From NCBI GenBank assembly GCA_963718615.1, contig OY970368.1:3936001-4000000 (forward strand): a stretch of DNA of 64,000 nucleotides, read 5' to 3'. Positions 10,150-21,300 of this stretch are shown here, one piece after another. The translations under genes were made by a program, and so were the position numbers. The notes below the pieces were generated by a model. The model was not told the origin of the DNA, made no database searches, and worked only from the letters and a program-made list of their open reading frames with translations. Source of the stretch: an uncultured cyanobacterium. Lineage in GTDB: Bacteria > Cyanobacteriota > Cyanobacteriia > PCC-9006 > JAAUQQ01. Numbering within the stretch: position 1 is the stretch's first letter; the number at the start of each line of letters is the position of its first letter.

Positions 10150-10956
10150 CTATGATACTGAACGCTGAGCGGAATAAACGGTTTCCTTCAAAAAGCCACG
10201 TTGGACAAAGGGATCCCGGTATAGACCTAAGCGCTGACTAATCACTAATCCCACAAAGGGAACTGCATCCATCCAGTACCGCTTCCATAAACGGCGTGGC
10301 TCCATCAAAATACGATACAGCCATTCCAAACCGGCTTGGCTGACCCATTTGGGCGATCGCCTCACCTGACCTGCTTCAAAATCAATGGTCGCCCCAATTG
10401 CCAAAAAGGTCTTGACCTGGGGCAATTCAGCTCGATATTTCTGAATCCATTTCTCTTGTTTTGGAGCCCCAAGACCTACCGCCACCACGGTGGCCCCAGA
10501 CTGCCGGATTCGGTCAATAATGCGACGACATTCTGCCTCGTCCGTTTCAAATCCAAAAGGCGGAGAATAGGTATCAATTACCATTTCTCGCTGAACCTGA
10601 CAATTGACATTCCAACGGGCGCGATCGCCAACCCCCTCTCCAGCTCCCAGCAGAAAAATAGTCACGCTATGATCATGACGATAATAGTGATAGAACGCTG
10701 GAAAAAGGTCCGAGCCAGAAATCTTCTCGCGAATCGGGCAGCCTAAAAATCGCGAAACATAAAAGAGAATTTGGCTATCACACACACGATAGTCGGCCTC
10801 CTGATAAACCTGATAAAACTCAGGATCCTGCTGAAGACGAATGACATGGTAAACATTTGGAGTGTATACAACCCCACCACCATTCCCCAATCGTTTCAAC
10901 AGCTCCTTACAGGAAAGATTGTCAATGGAGACGTTCAGGATATTGAGCTGTTCCAT
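10150..10956 (-). CDS. WecB/TagA/CpsF glycosyltransferase
   Basis: TPNV.H, ISGSDL, GLGAPKQEKW, GLEWLYR..EPRRLWKRY. Confidence 0.92.
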   Translation of the reverse strand: MEQLNILNVSIDNLSCKELLKRLGNGGGVVYTPNVYHVIRLQQDPEFYQVYQEADYRVCDSQILFYVSRFLGCPIREKISGSDLFPAFYHYYRHDHSVTIFLLGAGEGVGDRARWNVNCQVQREMVIDTYSPPFGFETDEAECRRIIDRIRQSGATVVAVGLGAPKQEKWIQKYRAELPQVKTFLAIGATIDFEAGQVRRSPKWVSQAGLEWLYRILMEPRRLWKRYWMDAVPFVGLVISQRLGLYRDPFVQRGFLKETVYSAQRSVS

Positions 10957-11050
10957 AACCGTCAGTTCACGCTAAAAAAATAGGTAGATACAGGAGTACT
11001 GACTGCGCCAGAAGTCCATGGATCGAGATGGGCTTTCAAGCAATAGCCCG

Positions 11051-11794
11051 TTACATAGCTCCCCGTCGATCCACAACCGCAATCAAGGTTCTGAAAAGAA
11101 GATATAGGTCGTAGCGAATCGACCAACGTTTCTGATAGCGCAGATCTAAGGCCACTACTTGTTCAAAATCCATGACATGGGATCGGCCACTGACCTGCCA
11201 TTCCCCAGTCAAACCTGGACGAACATTCAGTCGAGCCCAATGGTGGTACCGATAGCCCACAACCTCATCTAAGGTTGGAGGACGAGTCCCGACTAAACTC
11301 ATTTCCCCTCGAAGAATATTCCAAAACTGGGGCAGTTCATCAAGACTCGTCCGCCTCAAAAAGCGACCAACCGCTGTTATCCGAGGATCTTGAGCATTCT
11401 TAAAGAGATTGCCATTGGCTTCATTTTTGACCAAGTGCTTGAGTGAATCTGCCTCAATCACCATGGTGCGGAACTTCCAAATTCGAAAGGTTTTTCCTTG
11501 AAGCCCGCACCGAATCTGACTATACAAAATTGGACCGGAGCTATTGAGCCGAATAGCAAGGGCTATTGGCAAGATAATCACAGCAGTTAACGTAAGTCCA
11601 ACCAACGCTCCTCCGATATCCAGCAATCGCTTAGTCCGATTGTGAACGGAGGGATGGAGCGGGGTTAAATTGTCCTCGCAGAAGCCCTCTTCAATTTCCT
11701 TCGTAGAAAATCTTTGTGGAACAGAAATAGGGGGCAATAGCTCAGACCACTTCGTTCCTGACGGATTTGTCAAGAGTTGAGAGGTAACAACCAC
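11051..11794 (-). CDS. Bacterial sugar transferase (priming polyprenyl-phosphate glycosylphosphotransferase)
   Basis: KRLLDI, KFRTM, DPRIT.VG.FLRRTSLDELPQFWN, SLVGTRP, PGLTG.WQV.GR. Confidence 0.92.
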   Translation of the reverse strand: MVVTSQLLTNPSGTKWSELLPPISVPQRFSTKEIEEGFCEDNLTPLHPSVHNRTKRLLDIGGALVGLTLTAVIILPIALAIRLNSSGPILYSQIRCGLQGKTFRIWKFRTMVIEADSLKHLVKNEANGNLFKNAQDPRITAVGRFLRRTSLDELPQFWNILRGEMSLVGTRPPTLDEVVGYRYHHWARLNVRPGLTGEWQVSGRSHVMDFEQVVALDLRYQKRWSIRYDLYLLFRTLIAVVDRRGAM

Positions 11795-12191
11795 AATCGT
11801 AAAGATACCTTAAACACACCTGAGTTGAGCTTCTGTAAATGTACGGTATTCAACTCAAGAGTTTCTAGGTCGGTTAAAGATATTCGTGCAAACTTAATGC
11901 TTAAGTTAGGCAGAAGTAAAAATCGTGGGAAGTATCCGGATATTTATGTCGTTTTTAGAACTTCTTAGTCATAGAAAAATTAATACGTAATGCAACGATA
12001 AAGAAACTTTTAAGCTCTACTATAACCAACCCAAAACGTCCAGATTATTTTATTTGCTGAGATTGGTTCTTAAAGAAGAAAACAAAACAAAGGAAAACGA
12101 AGCCAAGTCAGAGCAAATCAAAGCAAATTAAATCACATAGGACGACAGATCAGCCGTTAATCAGAATTCAAAAACCTGATAAGCATCCAAA

Positions 12192-12220
12192 GAAAAGGAG
12201 GGTTTTACCCCTCCTTTTTC
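12192..12220 (-). terminator. Intrinsic terminator downstream of clpC, possibly bidirectional
   Basis: Hairpin AAAAGGAGGG-TTTTAC-CCCTCCTTTT flanked by A/T runs. Confidence 0.7.
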
Positions 12221-12303
12221 AGAAACAAAGATCTGGCTAGAGCGTTAGCTAGAGGGGTTAATGGCCCCTCTATACCATAAGCCCTACTCTAGTCAACTAC
12301 TGA

Positions 12304-14781
12304 CTAGTCCGCACTGGGAAGCAGCTCACGCCGTTCACTAGGACGTATTTGAACTTTTCCATCTGTATCAACATCGACGACTGCAGCATCACCATCTTGG
12401 AGACGCCCCGAGAGAATTTCTTCTGCTAAGGAATCTTCTAGGAGTCGCATAATCGCCCGACGCAGGGGACGCGCACCGTAGCTCGGATTGTAGCCTTCTT
12501 CAATCAGCCGCTCTTTAAAGGCGCTGGTCACATCTAGGGATATGCCCCGCTCCGTTAAGCGACCAAAGACCTCACGCAGCATGATCTCAGCAATGTGCTT
12601 CACTTCATCCTTGGTGAGCTGACGGAAGACGATAATTTCGTCGAGTCGGTTCAAGAATTCAGGACGGAAGTATTGCTTGAGTTCTTCGTTGACCAGCGAG
12701 CGAATCCGATTGTATTGAGATTCTGCCATGTCGTTGCCGGAGAAGTCGAAGCCTAGGCCACCGCCACCCTTCTCAATCACCTTAGAACCGATGTTCGAGG
12801 TCATGATGATTAAGGTGTTCTTGAAATCCACCGTGCGTCCCTTCGAATCGGTCAGTCGACCATCTTCTAGGATTTGCAAAAGCAGATTGAAGACATCGGG
12901 ATGAGCTTTCTCAATTTCGTCAAACAGGACGACGGTATAGGGCCGACGACGAACAGCTTCGGTGAGCTGTCCCCCTTCGCTGTAGCCGACGTAACCCGGA
13001 GGCGAACCGATCAGCTTGGAAACGGTATGACGCTCCATGAACTCCGACATGTCAAGACGAATCATCGCCTCTTCGGAACCAAAGAAGTAGGCGGCGAGGG
13101 CTTTGGTCAGCTCGGTTTTACCCACGCCGGTTGGACCGGAGAAAATAAAGCTGGCGATCGGACGATTGGGATTCTTCAGACCCACTCTGGCTCGGCGAAT
13201 GGCTCGCGAAACCGCTTTCACGGCTTCATCTTGACCAATCAGGCGACCATGAAGTGTGTCTTCCATGTTCAGAAGTTTCTCGGACTCAGACTCGGTGAGC
13301 TTGTTCACCGGTACGCCAGTCCAGGAAGCAACGATTTGGGCAATGTCCTCCTCGGTGACCACAGGGGAATCTTCGGGAACTCCAGCTTCTTGGGATTCGG
13401 CCTTTTTGGTTTGGGCGATCGAGCGGATTTGGGCCTTGATTTCCATTTCGCGATCGCGCAATTCCCCAGCCTTATCAAAGTCTTGGGATCGCACCGCATC
13501 ATCCTTTTCCCGCAGAACCTGGCGCAGCTCCCGATCAAGCTCCTTGGCAGCAGGGGGCAACTGGGAATTGATCAGCCGAACACGGGATCCCGCTTCGTCG
13601 ATCAAGTCGATGGCCTTATCGGGCAAGAAGCGATCGCTAATATAGCGATCGGCCAACTGGGCAGCGGCTTCGAGGGCCTCGTCAGAAATCTTGAGTTTGT
13701 GGTGTTGCTCATAGCGCTCCCGCAAACCATGGAGAATTTCGATGGTTTCCTCAACACTGGGCTCACCCACCATCACCGGCTGGAAGCGACGTTCTAGGGC
13801 CGCATCCCGTTCGATGTGTTTGCGGTATTCGTCCAGAGTAGTTGCGCCTATACACTGAAGCTCACCCCGCGCCAGAGCGGGTTTGAGAATATTGGCTGCA
13901 TCGATCGCCCCTTCGGCGGCTCCTGCACCAATCAGTGTATGAACTTCGTCAATCACCAGGATGATATTTCCGGCGGAGCGGATTTCATCCATGATTTTCT
14001 TGAGGCGCTCTTCAAATTCACCCCGATATTTGGTTCCTGCAACCAGCAGACCAATATCCAGCGTGACCACGCGCTTGTCTTCAAGAATGTCGGGGATATC
14101 GTTGTTGGCGATGCGCTGGGCTAGCCCTTCGGCGATCGCCGTCTTACCAACACCGGGTTCCCCAATCAAAACCGGATTGTTTTTGGTCCGGCGACCTAGG
14201 ATCTGAATGACCCGCTCAATCTCTTTCTGACGTCCAACGACGGGATCAAGCTTGCCCTCCGCCGCCATTTGGGTCAGGTTCGAGCCGAACTCATCCAAGG
14301 TAGGGGTTTTGGTTCGACCTTGTCCCCCGCCTGTAGTCACCTCGGCAGTTTCCCCAAGCTGACGAATCACCTGAGTGCGTACCTTCGACAAATCAACACC
14401 CAGGTTTTCAAGAACGCGGGCAGCAACGCCTTCGCCTTCCCGAATTAAACCCAGCAAAAGGTGTTCTGTACCGATATAGTTATGACCGAGCTGGCGAGCT
14501 TCCTCGAGGGAGAGCTCAAGCACACGTTTGGCACGCGGCGTGAACGGGATCTCCACAGCGACGAACCCCGACCCTCGACCGATTATTTTTTCTACTTCTA
14601 TGCGGGCGTCTTTGAGGTTGACTCCCATAGATTTGAGGACTTTGGCAGCTACTCCGGTCCCTTCGCCAATGAGGCCAAGCAGGATTTGCTCGGTCCCGAC
14701 GAAATTGTGGCCAAGCCGTCTGGCTTCCTCTTGGGCCAACATAATGACCTTAATAGCTTTCTCTGTGAAGCGTTCAAACAT
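12304..14781 (-). CDS. clpC: ATP-dependent Clp protease ATP-binding subunit ClpC
   Basis: [22 protein letters not shown]; two AAA+ modules ([16 protein letters not shown]); GGGLGF loop. Confidence 0.98.
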   Translation of the reverse strand: MFERFTEKAIKVIMLAQEEARRLGHNFVGTEQILLGLIGEGTGVAAKVLKSMGVNLKDARIEVEKIIGRGSGFVAVEIPFTPRAKRVLELSLEEARQLGHNYIGTEHLLLGLIREGEGVAARVLENLGVDLSKVRTQVIRQLGETAEVTTGGGQGRTKTPTLDEFGSNLTQMAAEGKLDPVVGRQKEIERVIQILGRRTKNNPVLIGEPGVGKTAIAEGLAQRIANNDIPDILEDKRVVTLDIGLLVAGTKYRGEFEERLKKIMDEIRSAGNIILVIDEVHTLIGAGAAEGAIDAANILKPALARGELQCIGATTLDEYRKHIERDAALERRFQPVMVGEPSVEETIEILHGLRERYEQHHKLKISDEALEAAAQLADRYISDRFLPDKAIDLIDEAGSRVRLINSQLPPAAKELDRELRQVLREKDDAVRSQDFDKAGELRDREMEIKAQIRSIAQTKKAESQEAGVPEDSPVVTEEDIAQIVASWTGVPVNKLTESESEKLLNMEDTLHGRLIGQDEAVKAVSRAIRRARVGLKNPNRPIASFIFSGPTGVGKTELTKALAAYFFGSEEAMIRLDMSEFMERHTVSKLIGSPPGYVGYSEGGQLTEAVRRRPYTVVLFDEIEKAHPDVFNLLLQILEDGRLTDSKGRTVDFKNTLIIMTSNIGSKVIEKGGGGLGFDFSGNDMAESQYNRIRSLVNEELKQYFRPEFLNRLDEIIVFRQLTKDEVKHIAEIMLREVFGRLTERGISLDVTSAFKERLIEEGYNPSYGARPLRRAIMRLLEDSLAEEILSGRLQDGDAAVVDVDTDGKVQIRPSERRELLPSAD

Positions 14782-14887
14782 GATGTTTTCCCATCACCTG
14801 CTGCGAGCCGGTACGCTGATTCTAGCACAGCAAAAGGTTGCTACTGTCTCGCAGGAAACAGTAACAGGGGTGTGGTTTTCACGACTT

Positions 14888-15502
14888 TTACGAAAGTGAG
14901 GCGAAGTCCGGCGTGAGGGAAGGAATGATGGCGAATGCACCGTAGGAAGCTCCTAGGCGATCGCAACATTGCTGGTAAAGGGCGTCTAACAGGGTGCCAC
15001 AGGCGGGTTCCTGCAGTCCCTTATGCCACAAGATGAGGGCATTTTCGCCGTCGGGATAGTAGTGGCGACGCTCACCGACCGTACAAAAACCGAGCTTATC
15101 ATATAGGGCTAGGGCTGGCCTATTGCCTGCACGAACTTCTAGGGTGGCCCATTCCAACCCCCGTGAGCGGGCGCAGTGAAGCAGCCCCCAAAGCAGGGTT
15201 TGCCCGAGCCCTTGGCGCTGATAGTCGGGATCAACGGCCAGAAGGGTAATGTGCGCTTCTTCTAAAATCGCCCACAAACACCCTACACCTAAAATTTCAG
15301 GACTTGAAGGCTGCTGCGGGGTGCCAGGTGTGGCTGGGGGATCGCGGCGCAGGATGAGTAAATCGCTATTGGGGCTATCGATCTCCCGTTGATACCCTGC
15401 TTCGGTCCAGAGCCCCCCTAGAGCCCGTTGATCTAGGGCGATCGCCTGGGGCAGTAAATCACAGGTCAAAGAGGTCAGTTGCAGAGACGGGAGAGCAGCC
15501 AT
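14888..15502 (-). CDS. rimI: Ribosomal-protein-alanine N-acetyltransferase (GNAT)
   Basis: EAHITLLAVDP.YQRQGLG, LEVRAGN..A..LY..LGF, R.HYY.DGENA; usual clpC-rimI-lysA context. Confidence 0.85.
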   Translation of the reverse strand: MAALPSLQLTSLTCDLLPQAIALDQRALGGLWTEAGYQREIDSPNSDLLILRRDPPATPGTPQQPSSPEILGVGCLWAILEEAHITLLAVDPDYQRQGLGQTLLWGLLHCARSRGLEWATLEVRAGNRPALALYDKLGFCTVGERRHYYPDGENALILWHKGLQEPACGTLLDALYQQCCDRLGASYGAFAIIPSLTPDFASLS

Positions 15503-15706
15503 AGAGCGGATCCAGCAGGGTTGCGCGGGAGGATGGGAGAAACCAGTACACTACAAACCAGTACACTAAGGGGATGATTCTGGCCAATGATTATGGCCAA
15601 TGGGGGACAGCGGTTCCCACTCCGTCAGTTTCTCAAATTTTTTGCGCAACCAATTTTTTGCGCGCCATTAAACTAGGACCCACAGTTTAGGACTCAACCG
15701 TAGGCC

Positions 15707-17119
15707 ATGGAATCGACACAAGCTGCTCCCCCCTCCCATTCCGGTTTTGCTTATCTTCAGGTTGCTGAGGGGGACGACACAAGCCGCTCCCCCAATCAGG
15801 CACTCCTGCCGCTCACAGCCCAGGTGAATGAACATGATCATCTGGAGATCGGAGGGTGTGATCTCAAGGATTTGGTGGAGCAGTTTGGTTCTCCCCTCTA
15901 CGTCTTGGATGAAGCAACGCTGCGAGCCGCTTGCCGTCAGTATCGCGAGTCTCTCCAGCAGTTCTATGGGGGTCCTACCCTGGCAATTTATGCCTCAAAA
16001 GCTTGGAACTGTTTGGCGGTGGATGCCATTGTGCGGGATGAGGCCCTAGGGATCGATGTGGTTTCGGGGGGAGAGCTTTACACGGCGCTGAAGGCGGGTT
16101 TTTCGCCGAGCCATATCTATTTTCATGGCAATAATAAATCTCGTCAGGAGCTGGCAGAGGCGATCGCCGCAGGCTGCAAGATCGTGGCGGATAACTGGCT
16201 AGAGCTTCAAACCTTGGTGGCCCTGAGCCAAGAAACAGGCGCATCAGAGCCCATTGCGGTGATGCTTCGGTTTACGCCGGGGATTGAATGCCACACCCAC
16301 GAATACATTCGCACCGGTCATTTGGACAGTAAGTTTGGGTTTGACCCCGAGCAGCAAGAGGAGGTGTTCCAATATGTAAGTGCACAACCAGAGCTCCGCT
16401 GTATCGGTATCCATGCCCACATTGGGTCTCAAATTTTTGAACTACAGCCCCATCAGGACCTCGCCGATGTGTTGGTGCGAGCCTACAAAGCAGCCCAAAC
16501 CCATGGATTGCCCGTGGATGAATTAAACGTGGGTGGGGGACTCGGCATTCGCTATACCGAATCGGATGATCCACCGAGCATTGCCACTTGGGTGGAGCGG
16601 GTGGCGACGGCGCTGATGAATGCTTGTGAAGCCCATGGGGTTGCGTTGCCAAAGTTGATTTGTGAACCGGGGCGATCGCTCATTGGCTCCGCCTGCGTGA
16701 CGGCCTACACCGTGGGCAGTCAAAAAGAGGTCCCCGGCATTCGCAAATACATTACCGTCGATGGCGGCATGTCCGACAACCCGCGCCCGATTACCTATCA
16801 GTCTCTCTATCGCGCGGTCCTAGCCAATCGTATGTCGGCGACTGCCTCAGAAACGGTGACGATCGCCGGTAAACACTGCGAATCGGGAGATGTCTTGATC
16901 AAAGACGCCCTCTTGCCGCCTACGGAACCGGGGGATACCCTAGTCGTCATGGGGACCGGAGCGTACAACTACAGTATGTCTTCCAACTACAATCGATTGA
17001 CCCGCCCTGCGGGGGTTTTGGTGCAGGGGGGGCAAGCAGAGCTGATTCTTCAGCGCGAGACCTATGCGGATCTGGTACGCTTCGATTGTCTACCGACCCG
17101 ACTGGCGACGGACAGCTAG
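15707..17119 (+). CDS. lysA: Diaminopimelate decarboxylase
   Basis: YASKA (PLP lysine), HAHIGSQ, EPGRS, GKHCESGD, GAYNYSMSSNYN. Confidence 0.96.
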   Translation: MESTQAAPPSHSGFAYLQVAEGDDTSRSPNQALLPLTAQVNEHDHLEIGGCDLKDLVEQFGSPLYVLDEATLRAACRQYRESLQQFYGGPTLAIYASKAWNCLAVDAIVRDEALGIDVVSGGELYTALKAGFSPSHIYFHGNNKSRQELAEAIAAGCKIVADNWLELQTLVALSQETGASEPIAVMLRFTPGIECHTHEYIRTGHLDSKFGFDPEQQEEVFQYVSAQPELRCIGIHAHIGSQIFELQPHQDLADVLVRAYKAAQTHGLPVDELNVGGGLGIRYTESDDPPSIATWVERVATALMNACEAHGVALPKLICEPGRSLIGSACVTAYTVGSQKEVPGIRKYITVDGGMSDNPRPITYQSLYRAVLANRMSATASETVTIAGKHCESGDVLIKDALLPPTEPGDTLVVMGTGAYNYSMSSNYNRLTRPAGVLVQGGQAELILQRETYADLVRFDCLPTRLATDS

Positions 17120-17159
17120 TGCGATCGCGCTCGGACTGAGTTAACAGGATCAATCCAGG

Positions 17160-18086
17160 TTGATGGCGGATTTGTGGCAACTATGGCTGAGCAAGACGTC
17201 CGGGGGGCAACCCTGGTTTGTCAATGCGATTGATGTCGGTTTGGTTGTCCTGGTGACCTACCTCCTTCTGATTGTGATTGGAGAACGGCAGACCCTCTGG
17301 ATGGTTCGAGGGTTTGTCATTCTGATGCTGGCCTTAGTGTTGAGCCGTCGCCTGGGTTTGAGTTTACTCAGCTTTCTCCTGGGCTACTTGGTGTTGGGAG
17401 CGGCGGTGGCCATGTCGATCGTGCTTCAGTCCGAATTTCGTCGGTTTCTAGAGCAATTGGGGCGAGGCCAGATTCTGCAACTGTTTTCGGTTCGTAAACC
17501 CCAAGCGGCGCGATCGGATGTGATTGACGAAATCGTTGATTCGGTCAAAGAACTCTCTCAAAATCGGACCGGTGCATTATTGATGCTTGAAACCGGGGAT
17601 CCCCTCGATGAACGGGATTTTTCGGTGCCCGGTGTGCGCATCAATGCTGAGGTTTCCAAGGAGTTACTGCAAACTATTTTTCAGACTTCGACCTTGCTCC
17701 ATGACGGAGCGGTGTTGATTCGGGGATCGCGCATTATGGCAGCTAGTGTGATTTTGCCCATTTCAGAGCGATCGGCGGCGCGGCGTTTGGGTACTCGCCA
17801 TCGGGCGGCCATGGGCATTACTGAACGGGTCGAAAATTGTTTGTGTATTGTGGTTTCTGAAGAGACGGGATCCATTTCCCTCGCGGAACGCGGTATTCTT
17901 AATCGTCCCCTCACAAGCAGCAAGCTGAGGGAAATTTTGCAGGATCGCCTGTCCCAATCGGTTGAATTGGAAACGGTGGCTCCGGACCTTCGCAACCTTA
18001 GCCGCAAGTTATTTGAGCAGTGGCTGAGATGGATGGCGAAGGCCTTTAGTTTTCTCAGTCCATCGGCGTCTCGGGAGAAAAAATGA
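17160..18086 (+). CDS. cdaA: Diadenylate cyclase CdaA (c-di-AMP synthase)
   Basis: Three N-terminal TM helices; DisA_N motifs HDGA and GTRHRAA; VVSEETG. Confidence 0.93.
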   Translation: MMADLWQLWLSKTSGGQPWFVNAIDVGLVVLVTYLLLIVIGERQTLWMVRGFVILMLALVLSRRLGLSLLSFLLGYLVLGAAVAMSIVLQSEFRRFLEQLGRGQILQLFSVRKPQAARSDVIDEIVDSVKELSQNRTGALLMLETGDPLDERDFSVPGVRINAEVSKELLQTIFQTSTLLHDGAVLIRGSRIMAASVILPISERSAARRLGTRHRAAMGITERVENCLCIVVSEETGSISLAERGILNRPLTSSKLREILQDRLSQSVELETVAPDLRNLSRKLFEQWLRWMAKAFSFLSPSASREKK

Positions 18087-18835
18087 TTGCTAAGCTGACG
18101 ACGGCTCCGCACCAGCTTCCTGCGGATTTGCAGGTCGATCGCCTGCCGAAGCATGTGGCGGTGATTATGGATGGCAATGGACGCTGGGCAAAACGGCGGG
18201 GGTTGCCGCGCATTATGGGGCATCGGCGGGGGGTCGATACCCTCAAAACCCTGCTGCGTTGTTCTGATGATTGGGGAATTCAGGCGCTGACGGCCTATGC
18301 TTTTTCGACGGAGAACTGGGGCCGTCCCAGTGATGAGGTGGATTTTTTGATGATGCTGTTTGAGCGGGTCCTGCGGCAGGAGCTCAAGGAACTGATGGCG
18401 GAGAATGTGCGGATTCGCTTTGTCGGTAATCTCAAGGCGTTACCGCCTTCGCTGCAAGCGGAGATCGAGGGGGCGATGCTGGAGACCCAAAATAATCAGG
18501 GCATTCAGTTTACGGTGGCGACGAACTATGGCGGGCGGCAGGAAATTGTGCAGGCTTGTCAGGCGATCGCCCACCAGGTCCAAGCGGGCCAGCTCAATCC
18601 GGATGATATCGACGAGTCTATTTTTGAGCAGCACCTATACACCCAAGGGCTGGGCGATCCAGATTTGCTGATTCGGACAAGTGGTGAGATGCGCATCAGC
18701 AATTTTCTGCTGTGGCAGTTGGCCTATGCGGAAATGTATGTGACGGATACGCTCTGGCCGGATTTTGATCGGGATGAGTTTCATCAGGCGTTGTCGAACT
18801 ACCAGCAGCGCCATCGTCGGTTTGGCAAGCTTTAG
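18083..18835 (+). CDS. uppS: Isoprenyl transferase (undecaprenyl-PP synthase)
   Basis: [42 protein letters not shown]. Confidence 0.96.
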   Translation: MIAKLTTAPHQLPADLQVDRLPKHVAVIMDGNGRWAKRRGLPRIMGHRRGVDTLKTLLRCSDDWGIQALTAYAFSTENWGRPSDEVDFLMMLFERVLRQELKELMAENVRIRFVGNLKALPPSLQAEIEGAMLETQNNQGIQFTVATNYGGRQEIVQACQAIAHQVQAGQLNPDDIDESIFEQHLYTQGLGDPDLLIRTSGEMRISNFLLWQLAYAEMYVTDTLWPDFDRDEFHQALSNYQQRHRRFGKL

Positions 18836-18876
18836 GACAGCCTATGATGAAGAGACCATTTTGAGGGGCCAATCCC

Positions 18877-19452
18877 ATGACAGCAATCACGCTCCAACTT
18901 GAACCGTTGACCCTTTTAACCCGTGAAGCGTTTGTTGCCCTTTGCGAGGCGAACCCTGATGCTCAACTGGAACGTACGCCGGATGGAGAGTTAGTCATTC
19001 TGTCACCGGTGGGCGGAGGCAGGGGTAAGCGCGAGGCGAGCTTGATTGTTCAAGTGGGTAGTTGGAATGAACGCACGAGCCTAGGCGAGGTGTTTAGTTC
19101 TTCTACGATTTTTAGCTTGCCGGGGGGAGGCGATCGCTCTCCTGACGTAGCGTGGGTGCGCCAGGATCGCTGGGATGCCTTGACGGTGGAAGAGCAGGAA
19201 GGATTTCCGCCGATTTGCCCTGATTTTGTGATTGAGTTGCGATCGCGCACGGATCGGCTGAAGCCATTGCAGGAGAAGATGCGGGAATATTTGGACAGTG
19301 GTTTACAAGTCGGCCTGTTGATTAATCCCCAGGAGCGGCAGGTGGAGGTTTATCGAGTGGGAGAGGCTATGCAGGTTTTGGATGCTCCTGAATCGGTGAG
19401 CATTGGGGAGTTGATGCCGGGATTGGCTTTGGATTTGCGATCGTTCTGGTGA
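18877..19452 (+). CDS. Uma2 (DUF820) family PD-(D/E)XK endonuclease
   Basis: RSPDVAWV, CPDFVIELRS..D, KM.EY...G. Confidence 0.92.
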   Translation: MTAITLQLEPLTLLTREAFVALCEANPDAQLERTPDGELVILSPVGGGRGKREASLIVQVGSWNERTSLGEVFSSSTIFSLPGGGDRSPDVAWVRQDRWDALTVEEQEGFPPICPDFVIELRSRTDRLKPLQEKMREYLDSGLQVGLLINPQERQVEVYRVGEAMQVLDAPESVSIGELMPGLALDLRSFW

Positions 19453-19527
19453 GACTAAATCCGTATTTCTACGCAAACAATCTCCATCTCTTGTCGTTAG
19501 CATGATTCTAGAGTTGGACAAAAAGAA

Positions 19528-20283
19528 ATGGGCGTTTTTTGGCGATCATACGCAGAAATTGCAACTACCGAAGCTGAGCACATCAAGTCACTCATTGAGG
19601 CCATCAGTCAGGAGACCTTTGAAGATGACGGATTAGAGGAAAAGACTGCTCCTATCTATGATGTAGTAATCGATGGAACATCTGTCTTTTTTACTTCAAA
19701 TGGCTATGGCTGTTATGGGATTGAGGCAGAAAATCCTGGCCCATTGTTATTTGAGAAGTTATTTGGGTGCTTTGATGGTGCACTCGTTTGTTTTGAGTAT
19801 ATTCTGCCCTGTCAATCTCAGGGATATTACATGAGTAGTACCTGGGCTAAAGCAGAAGGTCCAATCGACTGGGAAGATCAAGACAGATTTGATAAATGTT
19901 GTCGTATTGTTTTGGAAGAGGGTGAGTTAGGAGAGGACTACAATGAGTTTGATGAGTTTGATACTTTTAGTGTATGGAATATCCCTCTCGATATCCTAGA
20001 GAAGCTTCAACTTCATTTGCCTAACTTGTTTCAAATGTATGTACGAGCAAGAGAGAATAATTTTGAGGATTGGGTAATGTTCAACGATACCCATTCAATC
20101 ACCTATAACCTTGCCAGCGAGCTAGCCGAGGAGTATGTAGATGATGTAGATGCTGTAATTGAAGACTGTATAAAGGATATGAAACAAGATATTAGGGAGC
20201 ATTTTGTGGACAATCTAGCAGTGGAACTTCCAAAAAACTTTCCCGAAGTCAAAACTTCCTCCTATTATACTTTGACTATATAG
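19528..20283 (+). CDS. Hypothetical, highly acidic protein (251 aa)
   Basis: Long AT-rich ORF with ATG start; no family recognised. Confidence 0.75.
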   Translation: MGVFWRSYAEIATTEAEHIKSLIEAISQETFEDDGLEEKTAPIYDVVIDGTSVFFTSNGYGCYGIEAENPGPLLFEKLFGCFDGALVCFEYILPCQSQGYYMSSTWAKAEGPIDWEDQDRFDKCCRIVLEEGELGEDYNEFDEFDTFSVWNIPLDILEKLQLHLPNLFQMYVRARENNFEDWVMFNDTHSITYNLASELAEEYVDDVDAVIEDCIKDMKQDIREHFVDNLAVELPKNFPEVKTSSYYTLTI

Positions 20284-20292
20284 AAAACTTAT

Positions 20293-21300
20293 ATGAGCCG
20301 TAACGTCAGACTTTTCCCGACCTACTCCCAAAAAGAGAATCAGACAACCAATCATTGCCTACTGATTCTCAAAATGCTTTACGAGGAAAATCCAAAGTTC
20401 TTATCAGAAGCCTTAAGCAATTTACTCGAAGATAAATTTGCTGGTTCAGTCGGCGTGCAATTTACTCAACAGGTTCGTTCCCAAGGCTGTATTCCAGATG
20501 GAGAAATTAGTCAGCAACCCTTTTCAATTTTGATTGAAACGAAGCGAGGCCAAGATTTTAGGCAAGCTCAACTTTTAGCCCATCTTGAAGCACTCGCAAA
20601 ACGTCAAGGAGAAGAGCGAGTGCTAATTGCTCTGGGAAATTTCGAGCGAGACGATGCCTCGAATGAACCTGCCTTTTCAGAAATTTACGAGAAAGCTCGA
20701 ACCCATAAAGTTGCCTTCTGTGCAGTAAGTTTTGAGCAGTTTTTGCAGGCTATTCAGCTTGACTATTTGCCTAAGAATTTGGCGGATGCGATCGCTGATC
20801 TCCGAGAATATTTCGATGAAGAAAACCTTCTACCATCCTGGAAATATCGACTTGATGTCGTTAACTGTAAACTGAGTTTTGATCATGTTGTAACTCATCA
20901 AATCTATATCTGCCCCGCTGCGGGTGGACAGTACAACCATCGTCGTAGCTTATACTTTGGCACCTATCGCAACAAGCGAGTAGAACGAATTGCACAGATC
21001 CAAGCAGTTTTGGATTTGGAGTCAGAAGACGAACAGACGATCAAGTGGAATAACTCATCCTGGACTGACCCTGAGCTTGTCAAGACTGCGCGCGATCGGC
21101 GATCGCACCTCAATGAAAATTGGTATCCTGCTCGAATTTTCCTGCTGGGTGAGCTTCACGAAACCGACTTCCAGAAAACAACCCCTGGCGGCATGATGGG
21201 CAGCAAACAGTACTTTGATATCAGCCATCTTGGGATTGAAGATGCTCAGGGCCTTGCCCAAGCACTGAAGGAGAAAAGCTGGGCATCCTTAAATCTCTAG
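20293..21300 (+). CDS. Hypothetical protein with an N-terminal PD-(D/E)XK nuclease-like domain
   Basis: YSQKENQTTN helix, then IPDG...ILIETK and QLLAH; starts 9 nt after the previous stop. Confidence 0.7.
   Translation: MSRNVRLFPTYSQKENQTTNHCLLILKMLYEENPKFLSEALSNLLEDKFAGSVGVQFTQQVRSQGCIPDGEISQQPFSILIETKRGQDFRQAQLLAHLEALAKRQGEERVLIALGNFERDDASNEPAFSEIYEKARTHKVAFCAVSFEQFLQAIQLDYLPKNLADAIADLREYFDEENLLPSWKYRLDVVNCKLSFDHVVTHQIYICPAAGGQYNHRRSLYFGTYRNKRVERIAQIQAVLDLESEDEQTIKWNNSSWTDPELVKTARDRRSHLNENWYPARIFLLGELHETDFQKTTPGGMMGSKQYFDISHLGIEDAQGLAQALKEKSWASLNL

Noticed and set aside
11800-12190. AT-rich tract as possible foreign DNA
   Set aside because: Consistent with an ordinary promoter region for the sugar-transferase genes
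12874-14916. Long plus-strand ORFs (307, 151 and 129 aa) inside clpC
   Set aside because: Antisense shadows of a conserved gene with no protein motifs
18877-19452. Uma2 gene as a mobile element
   Set aside because: A common multi-copy cyanobacterial family; no terminal repeats or target duplication seen
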